Assembly (NCBI GenBank): GCA_903916665.1
Contig: CAIWXP010000184.1
Location: 1 to 5,140, forward strand
DNA from: Candidatus Iainarchaeum sp.
Lineage (GTDB): Archaea; Iainarchaeota; Iainarchaeia; Iainarchaeales; 0-14-0-20-30-16
DNA length: 5,140 bases
Direction: 5' to 3'
Part shown: one piece after another, positions 1 through 4,290 of the stretch
Layout: each line of letters begins with the position of its first letter
Numbering within the stretch: position 1 is the stretch's first letter
Program-made: the position numbers and the translations under genes
Notes under the pieces: generated by a model
The model's input: only the letters and a program-made list of their open reading frames with translations
Databases searched by the model: none
What the model was told of the DNA's origin: nothing

Positions 1-816
1 GCTCATAATCAACTAATTAATTATATAAAAACACAAGTACCTAATAATTCTATTTTAGCTTTAGAAACAACCATGCATCAGTTTAACCTTTTACATTTAG
101 CTTTAGAAAAATATTTTACAGGTAAAGCAAAACAGTATTCTAGTAGGAAGTTAAATTTTGTTTTTGATATTGATTTTGTTCAAAAGTCTTTAAATCCTAG
201 GAAGAATGAAATGCCACATGATATTTGGTATGCTATGTTAGAATTATTCTTTGTGTGTAGACAAAAGAATATTAATATTGTACCTATTGAAACAGTAAAT
301 GTTTTAGCAAATCCAAAAAGAAATAAAGATTATGAAAAGGACCAAGTAAGAGAAGAGGGTTTTGCAAGACAAATAAAAGCTTTGTTAGCAGGAAAACCAA
401 AAGGCAAAGTATTTGTTTATACTGGTTCTTCTCATACCTTTGGATTAAGTGAAGAATTAACAAGATTAGGAATTTCAAATACGACTAATACTAGTTTTTA
501 TGACCCTAGTCAAAAAGCAATTGTAGAAAGAAGTGTTTTAGCAAATAAATTAGAAAGAACTACGAGAATGGATGATTATTATTCATATAAAGCAGCATCA
601 AGTGAAATTCCTTTGCCTAAAGACTTTACAACTGCTACTAGATATTCTATTGCTGATGATGAGTCTAAAGTTGTTGATTTTAAAAAACAAGCTGAATTAA
701 GAAAAAGACTTTTGGAAGCTATTGCTAAAGATAGAGATAAACGAAAAGAAAGAATAATTAGAAAATTAGGAAAGAAACGTTTTTTAGAAGAATTAAGATT
801 AAAAAAACCAAAATAG
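1..816 (+). CDS. 5'-partial CDS; ChaN/Tiki-superfamily-like (PF04187-like haem-binding/uptake family) protein with a highly charged K/R/E C-terminal tail
   Basis: Frame 1 has no stop from base 1 to TAG at 814-816 (hand translation of 1-72: AHNQLINYIKTQVPNNSILALETT, then MHQF...). The ATG at 73 is therefore probably internal and the gene starts left of the window. The motif order resembles ChaN family conserved blocks recalled from memory: (GE)xHNQ...ALE near the start, Y-AMLELFFVCRQKNINIVPIE (compare Y..ll.far..g.pl.a.N), and EEGFARQIKALL...GKVFVYTGSSHTFGLSEELTRLGI (compare D..MA..i....vvl.aG.gH...giP..L). The last ~45 aa (KKQAELRKRLLEAIAKDRDKRKERIIRKLGKKRFLEELRLKKPK) are a charged helical tail. 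The CDS call is solid; the family assignment rests on memory-based motif matching only. Confidence 0.6.
   Translation, partial: AHNQLINYIKTQVPNNSILALETTMHQFNLLHLALEKYFTGKAKQYSSRKLNFVFDIDFVQKSLNPRKNEMPHDIWYAMLELFFVCRQKNINIVPIETVNVLANPKRNKDYEKDQVREEGFARQIKALLAGKPKGKVFVYTGSSHTFGLSEELTRLGISNTTNTSFYDPSQKAIVERSVLANKLERTTRMDDYYSYKAASSEIPLPKDFTTATRYSIADDESKVVDFKKQAELRKRLLEAIAKDRDKRKERIIRKLGKKRFLEELRLKKPK
801..813 (-). terminator. Candidate oligo-T transcription terminator for the tRNA gene (T4 then T7 on the minus strand)
   Basis: The minus strand just 3' of the tRNA reads UCAACUAUUUUGGUUUUUUU, with T4 at 813-810 and T7 at 807-801. Archaeal RNA polymerase terminates at oligo-T tracts. The tract is the complement of the Lys codons (aaaaaaaccaaaa) that end the upstream CDS. 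Evidence is weak because the DNA is AT-rich. Confidence 0.35.
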
Positions 817-820
817 TTGA

Positions 821-1032
821 CGCGAGAAAAGGGATTCGAACCCTTGCTTCTTTCGAAATTCGTTTTCTCAAAAACTAAATGAATCAACAGTACTATCTTT
901 TGTTGTCAACTTTTAGTTCACAACAATTAGTATAAGATTTGATACAAATCTTCTACTCTGTGTAGTACAAAGTGTCAATCCGATTTAGCGATTGTTCGAG
1001 ACGAACGCATTAAACCGCTCTGCCATTCTCGC
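821..1032 (-). tRNA. tRNA-Ser(CGA): tRNA-Ser (anticodon CGA), type II (long variable arm), interrupted by a 130-nt intron at canonical position 37/38; CCA not encoded
   Basis: Minus-strand 5' exon 1032-995: GCGAGAA UG GCAG AGCGGUUUA AUGC G UUCGU CUCGAA. 3' exon 864-821: A ACGAA UUUCGAAAGAAGC AAGGG UUCGAAU CCCUU UUCUCGC G. The acceptor stem has 7/7 Watson-Crick pairs (GCGAGAA/UUCUCGC). D-arm is GCA/UGC with G18G19 and A21. The anticodon stem has 5/5 pairs (UUCGU/ACGAA) only after intron removal. The anticodon loop is C-U-CGA-A-A. The 13-nt variable arm has a UUUC/GAAG stem. T-arm is AAGGG/CCCUU with a UUCGAAU loop. Discriminator is G73, as expected for Ser. Mature length is 82 nt without CCA. 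Confidence 0.85.
865..994 (-). other. Archaeal-type (BHB) tRNA intron, 130 nt, extensively self-complementary
   Basis: An hBHBh' motif is readable directly. The central 4-bp helix pairs exon C32-U33-C34-G35 (1000-997) with intron UGAG (870-867), the last pair a G-U wobble. It is flanked by two 3-nt bulges, AA^C at the 5' site (995|994) and AA^A at the 3' site (865|864), with cleavage after the second bulge nucleotide in both. The outer helix is AA/UU plus CUAAAU (988-983) with AUUUAG (880-875). It continues as GGAUUGACA (981-973) with UGUUGAUUC (889-881; 9 bp, 3 of them wobbles) and GUACUA (968-963) with UAGUAC (895-890). Internal hairpins are GAUUUG-UAU-CAAAUC (950-936) and UUGUUG...CAACAA (926-900). 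Confidence 0.8.
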
Positions 1033-1053
1033 ATAATTGCTTATTTTTGTATT

Positions 1054-1061
1054 ATTATATA
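1054..1061 (-). promoter_or_regulatory. Candidate archaeal TATA box for the tRNA gene
   Basis: The minus strand reads TATATAAT at -29 to -22 relative to tRNA position 1 (1032), close to the expected archaeal box A position near -26. The AT-rich context makes chance matches likely. Confidence 0.35.
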
Positions 1062-1089
1062 CTATTAATATATTTCTGAAGGTAAGCTT

Positions 1090-1097
1090 TTTAAATA
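1090..1097 (+). promoter_or_regulatory. Candidate archaeal TATA box (TTTAAATA) for the 1047-aa gene
   Basis: Exact match to the archaeal box A consensus TTTAWATA, 50 nt upstream of ATG 1147. The predicted TSS near 1120-1125 would give a ~25-nt leader containing the GGTGG SD. An alternative TATA-like run (1119-1128, aatatatata) would instead predict a leaderless mRNA starting near 1147. Confidence 0.4.
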
Positions 1098-1137
1098 TCC
1101 TCGTTATACTATAATCATAATATATATACGCGCGCAT

Positions 1138-1142
1138 GGTGG
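1138..1142 (+). promoter_or_regulatory. Shine-Dalgarno-like ribosome binding site (GGTGG)
   Basis: GGTGG lies 4 nt upstream of ATG 1147 and is complementary to the conserved CCUCC/CACC 3' end of 16S rRNA. It is the only G-rich patch in the leader. Confidence 0.5.
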
Positions 1143-1146
1143 TTTT

Positions 1147-1218
1147 ATGAATAAAATTTTATCAATATTTATCTTATTTGCTTTTTTTATAACTTTATTA
1201 AGTTTAGGATTTAGTAGT
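1147..1218 (+). other. Predicted Sec signal peptide (aa 1-24)
   Basis: n-region MNK, an 18-19-residue hydrophobic h-region ILSIFILFAFFITLLSLGF, then a small/polar SS-QP region. There is no K/R-G motif before the hydrophobic stretch, so it does not look like a class III (pilin-type) signal. Confidence 0.6.
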
Positions 1219-4200
1219 CAACCAGGATATATTTGTAATGCTCCAACTGTAATTGGTGGCGAAAAAATTGTTCAATGTACTATAACTATGCCTAGTGCTA
1301 ATTTAACATTAGATTCAACTATATTGCCTACAACAGATATAAATGAATTAATGATTCTTTTACAAACTCCTGCAGATTTAAATCTAATTCAAACAGCAAA
1401 CATATCTCAAAATTTTATAGTTAGTGTTTATCCAAATTATGATGATAATATAACTGCTACAAATATAAATTTAAATTTTAAAGATAAATTGTTTGAATTG
1501 GATTTATTGGGAGATTATATCTATTCTATAGGACCAATAAATATATCTGGTCAAGGTAGTTTGGATATAAATAAATTAAATATACAAGATATATCTAATT
1601 CTAATGGCACTAAAGTTACTATTGATGGAGTTAATAGTTTATCTAATGTTTTAATTTCAAATAAAGATTCTATAACTGTGGGTACAAATTTTGTATTAAA
1701 TACAAATTCAAGCTCTTTTGATGATTTTAATGTTTTTGAAAAAAATTCTATGTCTTGGATTAAAATAAATCAAATAGGTCCAGTTATAATAAATAAATTA
1801 TCATTGAATTATGTGTATTTAGATTTGAATTCTTTAGTTTTAAATACAAATACTTTCATAAATAAGTCCATTTTGGGAATAACTGATCTTAATCTTATTA
1901 ATGCAGAATTAGATTTAAATGCATCATTAATTATGAACTTATATTCTTTTGTTGGTTCAAAAACAAATGTTTATGCTATTGGAGATAATTCTAAAATAAT
2001 CATATTTGGTAATATGCCATTAGGAACTACTGCTGAATTTATGGGTTTTAGATTATATTCTACAGGTACAAAAGAAGCAATATTAACTATTCGTGATACA
2101 AATTATGCTGGTGCAGTAATATCTGTTGATCCTTTAAATATTGGAGCCGCTAGTTGGTATGTTAAATTGATTAATTTAACAACACCTAGTAAAATATTAA
2201 TAAATTTAGCCTATACTAAAGATGCAAATTCATATGCATTTCATAATTTATTATGGATATCTAATTCATCAAATATAATTACTAGCGGTCCAGATTTTAA
2301 TAGAGTAGATTTACTTAATGATTCATCACCAGCAACACATATGTTTTTAGTGAGAGATAGTAATAATATAACCATATCAAATTTTAAATATTATGTTAAT
2401 GATTATACAAAAAAAAATACTCAGAAAAACATTAATACATTATATTTTGATGATTGTAATTACTGTACTGTGAAGAATAATGTACTAAATAATTCGTCTA
2501 TTTCAATATATACCGGATCATCTAATAATAATTTAAAAATAATCTCAAATTCTTTTGGTTATAATTTTTCAATATTAAATTATTCAAATGTAATATTTTA
2601 TAATAATTTTTTAATAGATAATAAATATCTTTATATGAATACTAACTCTGCACCGCAATTAACTTTAGGTGTTGGCGCATATGCGACAAATTCAATGGGG
2701 CATTATTCTTTTTGTAATTTAAATATAAATAAGTATTTAGATACAAATTTACCCTTGAATGCTATGCCAATGTATTATTTTAGTCAGAGTAATAAATTTA
2801 TTGTTAATAATTATTCACCAGTATGTAATGGAGGGAATTTATATGCTGAAAAAGCATTACCTGAGTTTTGTGGCGCATCCTGTTTAGTTGATGGTGTTGA
2901 TAATGATTCTGTGTCCGAAACTAAAGTAGATATTAATGTAATGGGAGGAATAATTTCAGATGTTGCACCATTATTATATTTGCCAGCAGATTGTAAAATA
3001 TATACTAAAGATATTTCAACTAAAGGATTATCTTGTTTTATTAATAGTTTAAATGTGGACATAAATTTAGATCAATATTCTGATCCTACCATTAAATATG
3101 TTGATTTAAATTATAGAACGGCAGCAAATGTTTTTGTGATCGAACATCAAGATAAGAATTTAAACTATTCTGTAAGTACAGATTTAAATCCAAATAGTTT
3201 AGGGTTTGATGAAACTAGTTTGTACAATTTATTACCTAATTTATATAATAATACTGGTGGAACATCTAGTTTAAGTGCAATATTTGAAATGATCTTTGGA
3301 AATATTACATTTAATTTAAATTTTGATACAAATGATGTAAATTTATTAAATATTTCATTAACTGATATGGGGTTTTTAAATGTTTTTGGAAATCATGGCA
3401 AATTAAATGTAAATACAACTTCGGTATCTGGAAATGGATTTTCAATAGTATCATTAAATGATTTTAATACTATACATAATGGTATATTTGATACTAATCT
3501 ATTTAATCTTGTAGTAATAAATAATTTAATTGAACCTAAATTTACTAACTTAAGCATGTATTCCAAAGGTAACTTTTTTACTAATAGCAGTGCATTTAAT
3601 GTTTTAGTATTAAATAATCCTAAAATAAATACTATTGCTCATTTGGATCTAACAAATGGAGTTTTAATTTTGACAAAAAATTCAAGTACATTAAATACTG
3701 TTGCGGGTTTATTTGGGTATCCTATTTTAACTAATTCAATTTCTGACTTGAATGTACTAAATAGTTCTACTTTAAATTCTAGTATAGTTATATTAAATAA
3801 TTTATATTTATCAGATGCAAATTTAGATTTAAATAATAGTATAATATATCCTTATGATAATGACACTAATATTTTTGCTTTTGGCGCTAATGCAAACTTA
3901 AAAATACATGATTTAAATCTTAGTGCTTTTAAAATAACAACTAATTCAGTGTTTCCTTTAGGACGATTTAATATATATTCTACAGGTAAAAAAGATAGTG
4001 TTCTTGAAATATCAAATATAATTGATATTAATAATGATTTAAATTTTATTGTTGCTCCAATGTCTGATGATTCAACTGCAACAAATTATTTAAAATTAAG
4101 TAACCTTAAATTGACTAATAATAAAAATTTATATATTACTTTAATTTATGATAGTTTGCGAGCAATACCGGAACAATTCTTTGGTTTATTAAAAATATTT

Positions 4201-4290
4201 AATAGTGATAGAATTATAATTAATGGACCTGATTTTGGATTTGTTGAAAAATATACTCCAAAGGTAAAACTAGAGTTAATGGAATTATAA
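1147..4290 (+). CDS. Secreted Asn-rich surface/adhesin-like protein (1047 aa) with a parallel beta-helix (PbH1/NosD-like) core, a Cys-rich insert and duplicated flanking modules; likely heavily N-glycosylated
   Basis: Uninterrupted 3144-nt ORF. The nearest in-frame upstream stop is at 1066-1068 with no alternative start between. The SD is at the correct spacing. N-terminus MNK-ILSIFILFAFFITLLSLGF-SSQP is a Sec-type signal peptide. By hand count there are about 154 Asn in 1047 aa and about 31 N-X-S/T sequons. Residues ~395-500 (HMFLVRDSNNITISNFKY...CNYCTVKNNVLNNSSISIYTGSSNNNLKIISNSFGYN...NVIFYNNFLID) have the ~22-25-aa periodicity and N/I/S pattern of right-handed beta-helix repeats. No C-terminal TM segment or recognisable sorting signal. 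Confidence 0.85.
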   Translation: MNKILSIFILFAFFITLLSLGFSSQPGYICNAPTVIGGEKIVQCTITMPSANLTLDSTILPTTDINELMILLQTPADLNLIQTANISQNFIVSVYPNYDDNITATNINLNFKDKLFELDLLGDYIYSIGPINISGQGSLDINKLNIQDISNSNGTKVTIDGVNSLSNVLISNKDSITVGTNFVLNTNSSSFDDFNVFEKNSMSWIKINQIGPVIINKLSLNYVYLDLNSLVLNTNTFINKSILGITDLNLINAELDLNASLIMNLYSFVGSKTNVYAIGDNSKIIIFGNMPLGTTAEFMGFRLYSTGTKEAILTIRDTNYAGAVISVDPLNIGAASWYVKLINLTTPSKILINLAYTKDANSYAFHNLLWISNSSNIITSGPDFNRVDLLNDSSPATHMFLVRDSNNITISNFKYYVNDYTKKNTQKNINTLYFDDCNYCTVKNNVLNNSSISIYTGSSNNNLKIISNSFGYNFSILNYSNVIFYNNFLIDNKYLYMNTNSAPQLTLGVGAYATNSMGHYSFCNLNINKYLDTNLPLNAMPMYYFSQSNKFIVNNYSPVCNGGNLYAEKALPEFCGASCLVDGVDNDSVSETKVDINVMGGIISDVAPLLYLPADCKIYTKDISTKGLSCFINSLNVDINLDQYSDPTIKYVDLNYRTAANVFVIEHQDKNLNYSVSTDLNPNSLGFDETSLYNLLPNLYNNTGGTSSLSAIFEMIFGNITFNLNFDTNDVNLLNISLTDMGFLNVFGNHGKLNVNTTSVSGNGFSIVSLNDFNTIHNGIFDTNLFNLVVINNLIEPKFTNLSMYSKGNFFTNSSAFNVLVLNNPKINTIAHLDLTNGVLILTKNSSTLNTVAGLFGYPILTNSISDLNVLNSSTLNSSIVILNNLYLSDANLDLNNSIIYPYDNDTNIFAFGANANLKIHDLNLSAFKITTNSVFPLGRFNIYSTGKKDSVLEISNIIDINNDLNFIVAPMSDDSTATNYLKLSNLKLTNNKNLYITLIYDSLRAIPEQFFGLLKIFNSDRIIINGPDFGFVEKYTPKVKLELMEL
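1894..2304 (+). repeat. Internal protein module, copy A (aa ~250-386)
   Basis: LINAELDLNASLI...TNVYAIGDNSKIIIF...FRLYSTGTKEAILTI...YVKLINLT..ILINLAY...FHNLLWISNSSNIITSGPDFNRV aligns block by block with copy B. A 15-nt identical core, tatattctacaggta (2054-2068), recurs at 3974-3988, and ttagatttaaat is shared near both module starts. Confidence 0.6.
2329..2646 (+). other. Parallel beta-helix (PbH1-like) repeat segment of the 1047-aa protein
   Basis: Residues ~395-500 show repeated x-N-x-[IV]-x-N-N/S turns (SNNITISNF, CTVKNNVLNNSS, LKIISNSFGYN, NVIFYNNFLIDN), characteristic of pectate-lyase/NosD-type beta-helices. Assigned by pattern recognition only. Confidence 0.5.
3808..4245 (+). repeat. 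Internal protein module, copy B (aa ~888-1033), truncated by the gene end
   Basis: LSDANLDLNNSII...TNIFAFGANANLKIH...FNIYSTGKKDSVLEI...YLKLSNLK..LYITLIY...FFGLLKIFNSDRIIINGPDFGFV. The order of conserved blocks is the same as in copy A. The preceding ~140 aa (740-888) also resemble aa 130-250. In copy A the GPDF block is followed by the beta-helix; in copy B it is followed by 14 unrelated residues and the stop. Confidence 0.6.

Noticed and set aside
73-75. ATG at 73 as the true start of the first CDS
   Set aside because: The frame is open back to base 1, and the upstream residues (AHNQ...ALE) match the conserved N-terminal blocks of the proposed family. No SD-like motif precedes position 73.
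284-478. 64-aa minus-strand ORF
   Set aside because: It is entirely nested antisense within the ChaN-like CDS. Its Leu/Phe/Ile-rich translation is the typical shadow of Lys/Glu/Asn codons.
579-887. 102-aa minus-strand ORF from the ORF track
   Set aside because: It lies antisense to the well-supported + CDS and runs into the tRNA 3' exon and intron. Its product is low-complexity (F/L/S-rich), as expected from antisense AT-rich coding DNA, and it has no RBS or promoter context.
865-994. C/D box or H/ACA guide sRNA, or a homing endonuclease, hosted in the tRNA intron
   Set aside because: No RUGAUGA or CUGA boxes are present. ACA triplets occur only inside stems, without a K-turn or pocket arrangement. 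130 nt cannot encode an endonuclease.
1147-1218. Class III (type IV pilin/archaellin-like) signal peptide
   Set aside because: There is no [K/R]-[G/A/S] cleavage motif immediately before the hydrophobic stretch. The layout fits an ordinary Sec signal peptide, and a 1047-aa protein is not pilin-like.
2811-3062. 83-aa minus-strand ORF inside the 1047-aa gene
   Set aside because: It is an antisense shadow ORF within the locally GC-richer Cys-rich segment. It has no start context, and the + frame is continuous with clear domain structure on both sides.
1894-4245. The two internal modules as a diversity-generating retroelement TR/VR pair
   Set aside because: The copies are highly divergent, with substitutions and indels at all base types rather than adenine-specific differences. 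Both are in-frame parts of one protein, and no reverse transcriptase is present in the window.
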